From Candidatus Magasanikiibacteriota bacterium (GTDB lineage Bacteria > Patescibacteriota > Patescibacteriia > Magasanikbacterales > UBA922), in NCBI GenBank assembly GCA_003482855.1, contig DMXO01000005.1, positions 163,719 to 227,718 on the forward strand: a stretch of DNA of 64,000 nt, in the 5' to 3' direction. Below, one piece after another: positions 37,311-47,733 of this stretch. Under the pieces are notes generated by a model. It was given only the letters and a program-made list of their open reading frames with translations. It did not search any database and was not told the origin of the DNA. The position numbers and the translations under genes are program-made. How positions within the stretch are numbered: the first letter of the stretch is position 1; every line of letters starts with the position of its first letter.

Positions 37311-38420
37311 ATGGCTACGGGAAAGCTCTATCTCGTCGCCGGAGCATCCGGCGCGGGAAAGTCAACAGTGGTTGCGGCGATTGCTGCTACCATGCCAAAT
37401 GTCGTTGTACTTAAAAAAGCGACGACGCGTCCTATTCGGAGTGGAGACCCGAATGAGGACGCCTACGCACACCCGTCGTTGGTCAATTTCAAAGATAACA
37501 GTCGTTTTCTCGTCTACGCCACTAATGGTTCGTTGTTGTATGGCGTTGACGTAGAAGAGATCAAGCAGATTCTCAACAGTGGCAGAAATGCTATTTTGGT
37601 GAGCGTGCATGCGGGGGCACGCAGACAACTTGAGGAATTGCTCGGTAGGGATCATGTTGTGGAGGTGTTCATCCACCGTGACTTGACTCCTAGCATGCGA
37701 GAGCTCCTCTTTGCTCGTGGAGGGCTTCGTAGGCTCGTGATCCGTGAGAGGATTTATGAAAGTTTGGCGACAGGACAGTACGTCCCAGACTATATTATCA
37801 TCAACGAGCGCGTTGATCTGGCAGTGAAACAGTTTCGGTTGATCATGCAGGCGAATGGTCCATCGCCTCGCAAAGATTTTACTGGAGCTGCCGGCATCCT
37901 GCATATCGTGGTTGCGGCCACGGGCGTCCTTCGGGACGTTGTGCAAGATGCACCGTTTGCTCTCCAGGGTTGGGGTCGGGCGTACTGCAAGAAGGGCACA
38001 CCAACCCCAAAAGAGGCCGATGAAAATTCACTCCCGCAAGGGTGGATGGAGCACCGGCTGTTCGGACGGGTCTACCGGCTTGACCCGTCTGATGTCATCG
38101 CTCGTGTTCATGATCTTGGTGTAGCGTTTGTCATGTTCTCAGACGTGACTTCGGCTCGTGAGCTACAAGGACTTGTTCAGAAAGCCGGATTCGAGGCACC
38201 TATTCACTACCTGCATCAGGACCAGAAGCAGGTCGATGATTCGGTTCAAGACTTCCCAGAGTGCGAATGGGAAGCAAGACTTCAACACGCTCGTGAGCTC
38301 CAAGAGCGATATGAGTGTGAGCTGATATTGCAGGCGCATCCGATCCTGCTGGTCAACGGTGTGGAGGGTGCACTTGATTGGGTGTATCGTTGCATTAACG
38401 AACGACCACGTCGTCATTAA
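37311..38420 (+). CDS. Guanylate-kinase-like protein with a duplicated degenerate second domain
   Basis: VAGASGAGKST P-loop, ATTRPIRSGD, YGV, PDYIIIN. GGAGG SD, GC-rich. Confidence 0.7.
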   Translation: MATGKLYLVAGASGAGKSTVVAAIAATMPNVVVLKKATTRPIRSGDPNEDAYAHPSLVNFKDNSRFLVYATNGSLLYGVDVEEIKQILNSGRNAILVSVHAGARRQLEELLGRDHVVEVFIHRDLTPSMRELLFARGGLRRLVIRERIYESLATGQYVPDYIIINERVDLAVKQFRLIMQANGPSPRKDFTGAAGILHIVVAATGVLRDVVQDAPFALQGWGRAYCKKGTPTPKEADENSLPQGWMEHRLFGRVYRLDPSDVIARVHDLGVAFVMFSDVTSARELQGLVQKAGFEAPIHYLHQDQKQVDDSVQDFPECEWEARLQHARELQERYECELILQAHPILLVNGVEGALDWVYRCINERPRRH

Positions 38421-38493
38421 TGTGCCCACAAAAAGGAGGAAAAAAGGAGGGCACAAAAAAACAGCTTACATGAAGTAGGCTGTTTTTATTTAT

Positions 38494-39201
38494 TTAATTT
38501 TGGATTCGTTTGTTCCTTCCGAGAAGTAGACCAAACTTTTTATCAAACTTATTGGGGAAATGTTCAACGGAAAATCCGTGTTCACGGAGTATATTTTCTA
38601 AGTTAACACGTTTATTTTTTTGCGTTTCATGATACTCCACTGCCATATATTGGATTGATCGAAAGATCGAAAGATCGAAAGATTTCAAAATATCAAATTC
38701 CGCGCCTTCAATATCCATTTTCAGTAAACCTATGGTATCGATATGTTCTTTTTCTATGAGTTTATCGAATGATATGGTACGAACCTGAATATGATCAGAG
38801 GATGAACTGGTTGAGTGATCTGACGAAGTAGTATGGTTGTGCGAATTTTTAGAAATAAATAGTTTTATTCTCGTTTCAACACTATCACTCAAGGCATAGG
38901 GGAGTAGGTGTACATTTTTTAAAAGATTGAGTGAGCTATTTTGTTCAAATAATTGTATATTGTCTGGATGTGGTTCAAGCGCGATTATTTTCACATTAGG
39001 ATTAAGCGTACGAGCATATAATGAAAATACACCAATATGCGCGCCAACATCAATTATTGGATATTGAATATTGGATATTATTGAATCAAGCGATCGGTAC
39101 ATGTGGTCAACAAAAAATTCGTCGATGACGGATGTGTCTGAATCATCGCGATATTTGATTGATATATATTTTTTTTGAAATGATATATCCCGTGTATTCA
39201 T
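38494..39201 (-). CDS. FkbM family methyltransferase
   Basis: IDVGAHIGVFS, ALEP, LLKMDIEGAEF, VEYH. Confidence 0.9.
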   Translation of the reverse strand: MNTRDISFQKKYISIKYRDDSDTSVIDEFFVDHMYRSLDSIISNIQYPIIDVGAHIGVFSLYARTLNPNVKIIALEPHPDNIQLFEQNSSLNLLKNVHLLPYALSDSVETRIKLFISKNSHNHTTSSDHSTSSSSDHIQVRTISFDKLIEKEHIDTIGLLKMDIEGAEFDILKSFDLSIFRSIQYMAVEYHETQKNKRVNLENILREHGFSVEHFPNKFDKKFGLLLGRNKRIQN

Positions 39202-39287
39202 AATCTGTAATTTGAAATTTATAATTGTTTAAAAATTTTAAATTAAAAATTCAAAATTAGAAAAATCCGCCTCTTCGGCGGATTTAG

Positions 39288-39566
39288 TTATGCGGTCATG
39301 ACATGGATGTACTTTGCAGTACGGAGAGAACCATCAAATCGTTTTCTTTTTTTTGTTTGGAATTTGATAGTGCCTGCCAATCCTGCGAGAAGCGTATCAT
39401 CTTTTCCTTTTTTGACATTTTTTCCTGGGTGGATCTTTGTCCCACGTTGTCGGACGAGCACCATACCTGATCTCACTGTTTGGCCGTCTCCGACCTTGAC
39501 ACCGAGGTACTGTGGTTGTGAATCTCGTCCCAACCGGGTGGAACCACCTGCCTTTTTATGTGACAT
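39288..39566 (-). CDS. rpmA: 50S ribosomal protein L27
   Basis: [16 protein letters not shown]...[10 protein letters not shown]. Confidence 0.97.
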   Translation of the reverse strand: MSHKKAGGSTRLGRDSQPQYLGVKVGDGQTVRSGMVLVRQRGTKIHPGKNVKKGKDDTLLAGLAGTIKFQTKKRKRFDGSLRTAKYIHVMTA

Positions 39567-39749
39567 AGTAGTTTGGTTTTAAGTTGTAGAAAATTAGATT
39601 CTCAGCCTATAAAGGCCCAAGAAAATGGAAGTGGGATTAGTATAACGCTTTTGCTTTTTCTTGTCAATAGGGCTATTTTGGCGTATACTTTGGGGTAGGA
39701 AGCAAGAAGACATATCCATATGTCTCTTATTGAATCTTTTATCATTTTT

Positions 39750-40112
39750 ATGAAATTTCGTCTGTATCCGCTCAAGCTATATTTTCTCAATGTACCTGTC
39801 GGTATATTATTGGGTGTTGCCTTGCTACTCAATATATTTAGCTGGGTGTGGCTATGGGTCCAGATGCCCCAGACAAGTGAACAGGCTTTTCTCCATTACA
39901 ATATTTTGTTTGGTGTGGATGCCATAGGAGAAAGTTGGAAAGTGTTTTATGCCCCTTTTTTGGGATTTTTTATTTTGATTATCAATGCGCTTTTGGGATG
40001 GATATTGTATCGCAAGGATAAATTCATGGCTCAGATATTGAATTTTATTACCTGTTTGTGTCAGATTTTTATTGTTATAGCCTCATTTTTGTTAGTATTT
40101 TTGAATATCTAA
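39750..40112 (+). CDS. Small membrane protein (3 TM)
   Basis: Hydrophobic ORF with LHYNILFGVD. Start at 39720 or 39750. Confidence 0.6.
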   Translation: MKFRLYPLKLYFLNVPVGILLGVALLLNIFSWVWLWVQMPQTSEQAFLHYNILFGVDAIGESWKVFYAPFLGFFILIINALLGWILYRKDKFMAQILNFITCLCQIFIVIASFLLVFLNI

Positions 40113-40130
40113 CTATATAGACTCTGGTGT

Positions 40131-41234
40131 ATGCGAGATACTACGAGATCAGCTGATTATGTGCTCCTCACATATTTTTTAATTCTTGTTTTGTTTGGGT
40201 TGCTTATTTTGAGTTCTGCTGGAGTTGCGGTAGGACTCGAAAGATTTCAGGATCCTTATTTTTTTATCAAACGTCAATTATTGCTCGGTGTTATTCCTGG
40301 GGTTATATTATTTTTGATAGCAGCCAAGATTGATTATCATATATGGAAAAAATACTCTTTTTTTATTTTTATCGCGGGCATTGTGTTGCTTCTTCTCCCG
40401 TTTATTCCTGGCATAGGCTCCACGCACAATACCGGCTCACATAGTTGGATTGCTATTGGGGGTCATTCATTTCAGCCTGCAGAAGCAGCCAAATTGACTC
40501 TCATTATTTTTATGGCTGCTTTTTTGTCCAATATGTCAAAGCGCATATATGATTTCAAACATGGTTTTTTGGTTGCGCTTGGTGTGGGGATGATTCCTAT
40601 TGTACTGATTGTATTACAGCCAGATGTTGGTACTACGTTTATTTTATTTAGTGTATTGATTGTCTTGCTTTTTTTGGCTGATGCACGTCTTTCACATCTC
40701 GCATTACTCGGTTTGGCTGCAGTTATCGGTTTTGGAATTATTATTTTGGCTGCGCCTTATCGTGCGGAGCGTTTCACTACTTTTTTGCATCCAGAGTTGG
40801 ATCCCCAAGGTCAAGGGTACCAGATCAATCAAGCTTTTTTGGCAATTGGTTCAGGAGGTTGGTTAGGCCTTGGTCTCGGACATTCACGTCAGAAGTTTCA
40901 GTATTTGCCTGAAGTTCATGCTGATAGTATATTTGCTATTGCAGCAGAAGAGTTGGGATTTGTCATTATCACATTATTTTTGTTATTATTTGTGCTTATC
41001 ATACTGAGGGGATTGCGTATCGCAAAATATAGTGATGGATTTGGCAGACTGCTTGTCGGGGGGATTATGAGTTGGTTTATCATTCAGTCACTTCTCAATA
41101 TTGGCGCCATGGTTGGTCTCTTGCCACTTACGGGCGTGCCTTTGCCATTTGTGAGTCATGGAGGCTCTGCACTTATGATTGGTATGGTCGGTATGGGGAT
41201 GATTATGAATGTAAGTAAATATAATAGTATATAA
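40131..41234 (+). CDS. ftsW: SEDS peptidoglycan polymerase FtsW
   Basis: FQPAEAAK, QPDVGT, GYQINQA, LPEVHADSIF, PLTGVPLPFVSHGGS. Adjacent to murG. Confidence 0.92.
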   Translation: MRDTTRSADYVLLTYFLILVLFGLLILSSAGVAVGLERFQDPYFFIKRQLLLGVIPGVILFLIAAKIDYHIWKKYSFFIFIAGIVLLLLPFIPGIGSTHNTGSHSWIAIGGHSFQPAEAAKLTLIIFMAAFLSNMSKRIYDFKHGFLVALGVGMIPIVLIVLQPDVGTTFILFSVLIVLLFLADARLSHLALLGLAAVIGFGIIILAAPYRAERFTTFLHPELDPQGQGYQINQAFLAIGSGGWLGLGLGHSRQKFQYLPEVHADSIFAIAAEELGFVIITLFLLLFVLIILRGLRIAKYSDGFGRLLVGGIMSWFIIQSLLNIGAMVGLLPLTGVPLPFVSHGGSALMIGMVGMGMIMNVSKYNSI

Positions 41235-41256
41235 CCTATATAGCATATAACTCATT

Positions 41257-42330
41257 ATGAAAATCATATTCTCCGGTGGTGGTACACTTGGACCAGTCAC
41301 ACCACTCCTCGCTATAAAAGACATTATTCAAGAAAAACATGTAGATGCTCAATTTCTTTGGGTAGGAACTAGGCGTGGTCCAGAAAAAGACCTTGTCGAA
41401 GAAGCGGATATGCGTTTTGTGTCTCTTTCTTCGGGTAAATTTCGTCGATATATATCGTTGTGGAATATAATAGATATAGGTAGAATTATTATTGGTTTTT
41501 TTCAATCAATTAAACTTTTGTGGAAAGAAAATCCAGATGTCTGTATTTCAGCAGGCGGTTTTATTTCAGTGCCTCTTCATTTCGCTGCATGGTTTCTCGG
41601 TATTCCCACATGGGTGCATCAGCAAGATGTAGTTGTTGGGCTTGCCAACAGACTTATGACTCCATGTGCGCGCGTGATTACGACATCTCTTGAACACCAG
41701 ATGAAATATTTTTCAAAAAAGAAAACCAAGTGGCTAGGCAATCCAGTTCGTGTAGAATTGTTACATGGGAGTAGAGAAGAAGCTGTACGTATATTTAATC
41801 TCAAAAAAGATATTCCTGTTGTATTTGCAACAGGTGGAGGTACTGGATCTCTCAAAGTAAATCAGCTCATTGTAGAGGCAGTACAGCATCTCAAGGGATT
41901 TGCTCAGGTGATACATCTATCTGGCAAAGAACGTCCTCAAGAACTCGTGACGCGTGCAGTTAAAATTTATGATGATTATCAGGTACACCAATTTTTCACT
42001 CATGAGATGAAACATGCGTATGCAGTAGCAGATATCGTTATTTCGCGCGGGGGATTTGGATCGCTTACCGAGATAGCTGCACTTGGCAAACCAGCTATTC
42101 TCATACCGAAGCCGGGACATCAGGTAGAAAATGTACGTTTTCTCGAGAAAGCGGGGGCTGCAATGCTCGTAGATGAACGGACAGCAGATGGGCTCTATCT
42201 GGCAAAAGTTGTGCGTCAAATTTTGGATGATAAGGTGAAACAAAAACAACTTGCGTTTAATTTACACAAGATGTTGCCAGTAGCAAAAAAAGAAGACATA
42301 CTAAGTATTATAGGTAGATTGGTAGATTGA
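41257..42330 (+). CDS. murG: MurG GlcNAc transferase
   Basis: SGGGTLGP, GGFISVP, GNPVR, GGGTGS, ISRGG, HQVEN. Confidence 0.92.
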   Translation: MKIIFSGGGTLGPVTPLLAIKDIIQEKHVDAQFLWVGTRRGPEKDLVEEADMRFVSLSSGKFRRYISLWNIIDIGRIIIGFFQSIKLLWKENPDVCISAGGFISVPLHFAAWFLGIPTWVHQQDVVVGLANRLMTPCARVITTSLEHQMKYFSKKKTKWLGNPVRVELLHGSREEAVRIFNLKKDIPVVFATGGGTGSLKVNQLIVEAVQHLKGFAQVIHLSGKERPQELVTRAVKIYDDYQVHQFFTHEMKHAYAVADIVISRGGFGSLTEIAALGKPAILIPKPGHQVENVRFLEKAGAAMLVDERTADGLYLAKVVRQILDDKVKQKQLAFNLHKMLPVAKKEDILSIIGRLVD

Positions 42331-42416
42331 GGAATGTGAGAGATTTTGTATATTTTTCAGTGCAGGTATTTTAATTTTTTTGAACAAAAAACAGCCTCTG
42401 TACTGTTGTTTGTTTT

Positions 42417-43292
42417 TTATGCCGCGACTTGAGTAATTTGTCCTTTTTGTTCTTCCCAGTCAAAGTGTGAAAGATCATCAGGTGTCAATACAACTTCTCT
42501 CACTTCTGGCATCTCGCCATGTCGTAAATATGCATCTAACGACTGACCATTGTACATCAACGCCAATTTTTGGGTAGAGATTGTTTCCGGTTCTTCGTTG
42601 GAAGATGTATTAAATTCTAGACGTCCCTCATTATCTCCAAATAAATTTCTGACTAGTGGTTCCAATTGTTTATTAAGCAACCACGATTTTAATTTAATTT
42701 TTTTGGCTTTTATATCTCCATTTCTTATGTCCTGTGCAAGTGCTTTTAATCCCTGTAGTATGTTTGGAATTATTTTTTCTTTTTTTGTTGAAGTAGGAGG
42801 AATGTGGATTGATATTTGATCAGGATTATCTTGATGATAAGCTAAAGTTTCATTTAGATAAATAAGCCCTGTATTTTCATCTAAACCTTTTTTATGTTCC
42901 CAATTGCCGAGTAGCCAACTATTTAAGTATAGTTCATCAGCTTTGTGGGCGAATCCTTGTTTATCAAATGTGCCTGCCTCAGCTTGACCCAAGGCATATT
43001 CCAAAAATAATTTACCTGGGTCTTCTTTTTCTTCCTCTGCCCCACGTTTTTTATGTTTTTTTAGACCACCCCATTTTTTTTCTTGGCTGTTAATGTTACT
43101 TTCATAGTCCCAGACTTCTTGTTGTAGTGTGTGCATACGGTCTATGACAATTCCTTTTGGAGTCCCTGGATCCTGTAATATTTTTTGGTATATTTCAAAA
43201 CCTCTGCACAACCTTTGAAAAGCGGGATTATTAAGGAGAATTTGTTCTCTGGTTAATTTACTCTCCTGGGGTGATATATGTTCTGTCTCCAT
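42417..43292 (-). CDS. Hypothetical protein
   Basis: 291-aa ORF with no recognised motif. Confidence 0.6.
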   Translation of the reverse strand: METEHISPQESKLTREQILLNNPAFQRLCRGFEIYQKILQDPGTPKGIVIDRMHTLQQEVWDYESNINSQEKKWGGLKKHKKRGAEEEKEDPGKLFLEYALGQAEAGTFDKQGFAHKADELYLNSWLLGNWEHKKGLDENTGLIYLNETLAYHQDNPDQISIHIPPTSTKKEKIIPNILQGLKALAQDIRNGDIKAKKIKLKSWLLNKQLEPLVRNLFGDNEGRLEFNTSSNEEPETISTQKLALMYNGQSLDAYLRHGEMPEVREVVLTPDDLSHFDWEEQKGQITQVAA

Positions 43293-43406
43293 ATAAAAAA
43301 GTCTTATTTTTTAGTAATTTTGCGTATATGTATCTAGTTTGGTTAAATGTTTTTGTAGTAAGTATTATTTTACCTCTTTTCGGTTTTTTTGTATACTTAA
43401 CAAAAT

Positions 43407-43967
43407 ATGGATTTAAAAGATCAAAGATATTTGTTGGGTATTGCTCGCCAAGCGCTCGAGCATTTTTTTGAAACCCAATCAAAAATAACTATTGATGAAT
43501 CAACGTTGCATAGTCCTTTTTTGAAAGAAAAACGAGGTGTATTTGTTACCTTGTATAAACATGAAGAGTTACGTGGGTGTATTGGTTATATTGAGCCGAT
43601 TGAAAAATTGTATAAAGCTGTCAGAGAAAATATTTTGAGCGCTGCTTTTGACGATCCACGTTTTGAACCACTTGAAAAAGATGAACTGAAAGATATTCAT
43701 ATTGAAATTTCTGTTTTGACAATACCAAAAAAGTTAGAATATAATGCTCCTACAGACTTATTAAAAAAATTAAGACCACTTGTAGACGGGGTGATAATAG
43801 AAAAGGGGGATTATAGTGCAACCTATTTGCCACAAGTATGGGAAGAATTTTTTAGAAAAGAAGATTTTTTGTCATCATTGTGTGTAAAGGCGGGTTTGGG
43901 TGAGGATGAATGGAAACAAGGTCATCTTGTCGTGTATACATATAGTGCAGATATTTTTCATGAGTGA
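43407..43967 (+). CDS. AMMECR1-domain (AmmeMemoRadiSam A) protein
   Basis: GVFVTL...LRGCIG, DPRF, IEISVL, ATYLPQV, LCVKAG. Confidence 0.9.
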   Translation: MDLKDQRYLLGIARQALEHFFETQSKITIDESTLHSPFLKEKRGVFVTLYKHEELRGCIGYIEPIEKLYKAVRENILSAAFDDPRFEPLEKDELKDIHIEISVLTIPKKLEYNAPTDLLKKLRPLVDGVIIEKGDYSATYLPQVWEEFFRKEDFLSSLCVKAGLGEDEWKQGHLVVYTYSADIFHE

Positions 43968-44023
43968 GATAGTGTGATATACTTGTACTGTACTATGTAT
44001 GTCATAAGTTATTATTGTTTTGT

Positions 44024-45988
44024 ATGCCAATAGGCAATCTACAACAAAAAGGCGGTGAACAGAAAAAAGAAGAAATCTGTGTTTTTGCGCAGACCAATTT
44101 TCGTAATCGTTTGACCAAATTTGGCATCAAGACTGATGACCGACGCCGTCATATGTATGTGATTGGCAAGACAGGTATGGGCAAGACCACGATGATGGAA
44201 AACATGGTTTTGCATGATATCTATGCAGGACACGGAGTAGGTATTGTGGATCCACATGGTGACTTTGCTGAAAAAATTATCAATTACATACCTTCAAATA
44301 GAATTAATGATGTCGTATATTTTAATCCTGCTGATGTCAATAACCCTATTGGGTTCAATGTGTTTGAGGTCCAGAGTGAAGAACAGAAGCATTTGGTTGC
44401 TTCTGGGCTTATGGGTATTTTCAAAAAGATATGGCCTGATGTATGGAGTTCAAGAATGGAATATATTTTGAATAATACTATTTTGGCTTTGCTCGATTAT
44501 CCAGGATCTACACTACTTGGGATCAATCGTCTGCTGGCTGACAAGGCATATCGTCGTAAGGTAGTAAAGCAATTGACAGACCCTGTGGTCAAAGCTTTTT
44601 GGCATGATGAATTTGCCAACTATGAACCACGGTATGCAAAAGAGGCCGTAGCTCCTATCCAAAACAAAATTGGTCAGTTTTTGTCCGCGTCAGTTATTCG
44701 TAACATGGTTGCTCAGGTGAAATCTACTATCAATGTGCGCGACATCATGGACACACAAAAGATATTTATCATGAATTTGTCCAAAGGTCGTATTGGTGAG
44801 GACAATAGTCGTCTGCTCGGAGGCATGCTTATCACCAAATTACAGCTCGCTGCCATGGAACGTGTAGATATACCCGAAGCACAACGCAGGGATTTCTTTT
44901 TGTATGTTGATGAATTTCAAAATTTTGCCACACCTTCATTTGCCAATATTTTGTCTGAAGCTCGAAAATATCGTCTCAGTCTCATCATGGCTCATCAATA
45001 TGTAGCTCAGCTTGATGAGATAGTGGCTGACGCAGTATTTGGCAACGTGGGTACTATTGTTACGTTTCGTGTTGGTGGTGCTGACGCCGAAATGCTTGCA
45101 AAAGAATTCGAGCCTACATTTCTCGAGACAAATATCGTGAACTTGGCGAAGTATCAAGTATTGCTCAAACTTATGATTGACGGTGTTGCGTCGCAACCAT
45201 TTAGCGCGCTTACATTGCCTCCTATAGGTTCTATTACCGACTCTGCAGAAAAAGTCATACGTGTTTCTCGCGAACGATATAGCAAACCACGCAGTGTGAT
45301 AGAAGACAAAATTTTGCGTTGGAGTGGTATGGAAGCTGAGATGAGGGGCGATGATGATTTGTCTGATGATGAAGATGGCGTGGGTGAGGGAGATGAACTT
45401 GGACAAGAGCTTGGACAAGAACAACCAGTGCAGTCCCAACCAAAACCTAAAGAAGCTGAACCTCAAGAAAAGACTGAGCGAAAAAAAGAAGAGAGAAAAG
45501 AAGAAAAGAAAGATTTTCATGGACCTCATGAAAATAAACAGACTGTTTCTACTCCGCAAAAGAGTGAAGAACAAGAGAATCATCAAAAGAGTATTTCTCT
45601 GAGTGATCTCTTGCCAAAGACAGACCCAACAGACAACTACATGTTGAAATTTGAAGAAGACACAGCATCGAAAAAAGATGCCCAAGCTCCTCAAGTATTG
45701 TCAGAAAAAAAGTCTGATATCTCTCGTACGTCACCAACGGCTCCTATCTTCAATTCAGATCAAGTCATGCATACTGATAATCAACAACCGAAAAAGAAAA
45801 AAAGACGTAGAAGAAAAAAGAAAAAAACATCAGGGTCAGGAGAAAACACACCTAGTGTGGCTGTGGCTCCTTCTCAACATAGTGGACCACGTCAATTACA
45901 GCCTGACAAGATTATACGTTTTGACAAAAATGATACAAAAGGCAATGATGATTATAATGACCATGATATTCCTGATTCAGAACGTTAA
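44024..45988 (+). CDS. TraD/VirD4/DUF87-like P-loop ATPase with a low-complexity C-terminal tail
   Basis: RHMYVIGKTGMGKT, DPHGD, LYVDEFQNF, LSEARKYRL, AHQY, FGNVGT. Confidence 0.85.
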   Translation: MPIGNLQQKGGEQKKEEICVFAQTNFRNRLTKFGIKTDDRRRHMYVIGKTGMGKTTMMENMVLHDIYAGHGVGIVDPHGDFAEKIINYIPSNRINDVVYFNPADVNNPIGFNVFEVQSEEQKHLVASGLMGIFKKIWPDVWSSRMEYILNNTILALLDYPGSTLLGINRLLADKAYRRKVVKQLTDPVVKAFWHDEFANYEPRYAKEAVAPIQNKIGQFLSASVIRNMVAQVKSTINVRDIMDTQKIFIMNLSKGRIGEDNSRLLGGMLITKLQLAAMERVDIPEAQRRDFFLYVDEFQNFATPSFANILSEARKYRLSLIMAHQYVAQLDEIVADAVFGNVGTIVTFRVGGADAEMLAKEFEPTFLETNIVNLAKYQVLLKLMIDGVASQPFSALTLPPIGSITDSAEKVIRVSRERYSKPRSVIEDKILRWSGMEAEMRGDDDLSDDEDGVGEGDELGQELGQEQPVQSQPKPKEAEPQEKTERKKEERKEEKKDFHGPHENKQTVSTPQKSEEQENHQKSISLSDLLPKTDPTDNYMLKFEEDTASKKDAQAPQVLSEKKSDISRTSPTAPIFNSDQVMHTDNQQPKKKKRRRRKKKKTSGSGENTPSVAVAPSQHSGPRQLQPDKIIRFDKNDTKGNDDYNDHDIPDSER

Positions 45989-46009
45989 TATATTATTATA
46001 ATGTTTTGT

Positions 46010-46828
46010 ATGTCTTCAAAAAATAAAACATGGACAGAAAATATAGCTACGAGTTGGGGTAAGTGGACCCCTCCTGATAGACCATCTCCAGGAGAGATGC
46101 GTGTATATGAAGATTTCTTGAAACAAATCCTTAGCAAAAAGAAAAAACCAAATGTTATGGTGCTTGGTTCGACGAGTGAATTTCGTGATTTATATGCCAA
46201 ATATAAAGTGCCTTGTACGGTAGTAGATTATAGAAAAGAAAATTATGAAGCCATGGGGACACTCATGAAACGAAAAAAATATAAAGAAACTTTGCTTACC
46301 GAAGATTGGCGTACAATGAATCCTAAACAAAAATTCGATTTGATTCTCGGAGATTATTGTATAAATGTACTCTTCAAAAAAGACCAGCCAGAATTTGTCA
46401 AAAATATTTCACGTATATTGAAGCCAGATGGTCTGTGTATGATCAAGACTTTTGTTCGTTATGATAGTGAGCCGGGTGATCTAGCACAGGCATTGCATTT
46501 TTATAGGACCAAAAAGAAAGACAGACCAATTTTGGAAACAATCATGGCCCCTATGTTCAAAAATGCGTATGATTACAAAAAAGAACAAGGTACTTTTCCT
46601 GGCGTGTGGAATAATTTTGTAAAACTTTATAAAAATAAAAAGATGAAAAAGGAAGAGATCGATTATTTTGAGAGTCTTGATCTGGAAAATATTCCACTCA
46701 AATTCTATATCCCCCTATTCCAAGACATTATCAAGATCATAGAACAAAATGCAGGTTTGTATGGTGTACGGTATGGTGGTGAGTGGTTTTCTACGGACGT
46801 CCCTATACTTATCATGAAGAAACAATAG
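46010..46828 (+). CDS. Class I SAM-dependent methyltransferase-like protein
   Basis: VMVLGSTSEFRD, VVD, DWRTM, KFDLILGD, ILKPDG. Confidence 0.7.
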   Translation: MSSKNKTWTENIATSWGKWTPPDRPSPGEMRVYEDFLKQILSKKKKPNVMVLGSTSEFRDLYAKYKVPCTVVDYRKENYEAMGTLMKRKKYKETLLTEDWRTMNPKQKFDLILGDYCINVLFKKDQPEFVKNISRILKPDGLCMIKTFVRYDSEPGDLAQALHFYRTKKKDRPILETIMAPMFKNAYDYKKEQGTFPGVWNNFVKLYKNKKMKKEEIDYFESLDLENIPLKFYIPLFQDIIKIIEQNAGLYGVRYGGEWFSTDVPILIMKKQ

Positions 46829-46920
46829 TTTAGATTATGTATTATAGACTACCGTTTTTGCCTTATGGCAATACGGTAGTTTTTTGTTATTGACTTTTTT
46901 GTCTCAACAGAGCACAATAT

Positions 46921-47724
46921 ATGTATATGTATAGTATTGATAAGACTATTTTTGAACAATTGAAACGGCCGGATGTACATAGCCACAAGGGTCAGAATGG
47001 ACGTCTTTTGGTAATTGCAGGATCAGACAAATTTCACGGAGCATTGATGATGACTGTGCAGACTGCATCACGGATCGTAGACATGGTGTACGTATATACC
47101 ACACCAAACAATAGGTATCTGATTGAAGATTTGAAATCAGATATAGCTGTATTTATTCCAGTACTTGAAAATGAATTGTGGAATACCATAGAAATGGTAG
47201 ATGCAGTTTTGATTGGTCCAGGCATGGCCGAGACAGAGGAGACGGTGGATCTTGTCAAAATATTACTGGCAAAATATGCACATAAGAAAGTAATAGTTGA
47301 TGCAACTGCGATGTGGCATCTCAATCCTGCGTGGATCAATAACAATACTATTTTGACGCCACATTCTCGTGAATTTGAACAAGTCTACAAATGCAAGCCA
47401 GTGCCCGAACATGTAAAAACTATGGCAATAGAATATGGAGGCATTGTACTTTTGAAGGGTGCATATGACTATGTGAGTGATGGGAAAGAATTATGGGAAA
47501 ATAGGACAGGAAATGTAGGGATGACCAAAGGCGGGACAGGAGATGTTGTCTCAGGAACTATTGCCGCTTTGTCATGTACCAATGACAATCTCCTTGCGAC
47601 AAAGGCAGGCATACATCTGGTTGGTTTGGCAGGTGATGAATTACACAAAACATATGGTACATTTTATAATGCCGAGGATGTAATACAGAGTCTAGGTGTT
47701 ATTTGGAAAAAATTAATTATCTAA
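46921..47724 (+). CDS. nnrD: NAD(P)H-hydrate dehydratase (YjeF C-terminal)
   Basis: SHKGQNGRLLVIAGS, IGPGM, VDA, LTPHSREF, LLKG, GMTKGGTGDV. Confidence 0.88.
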   Translation: MYMYSIDKTIFEQLKRPDVHSHKGQNGRLLVIAGSDKFHGALMMTVQTASRIVDMVYVYTTPNNRYLIEDLKSDIAVFIPVLENELWNTIEMVDAVLIGPGMAETEETVDLVKILLAKYAHKKVIVDATAMWHLNPAWINNNTILTPHSREFEQVYKCKPVPEHVKTMAIEYGGIVLLKGAYDYVSDGKELWENRTGNVGMTKGGTGDVVSGTIAALSCTNDNLLATKAGIHLVGLAGDELHKTYGTFYNAEDVIQSLGVIWKKLII

Positions 47725-47733
47725 TTCTATTGT

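Noticed and set aside
44936-45694. 252-aa minus-strand ORF, and similarly 54674-55390
   Set aside because: Antisense to well-supported genes. Composition mirrors the low-complexity sense strand.
44024-45988. Conjugative element suggested by the TraD/VirD4-like ATPase
   Set aside because: No relaxase, mating-pair genes, integrase or att sites nearby. The gene sits among housekeeping-type genes.
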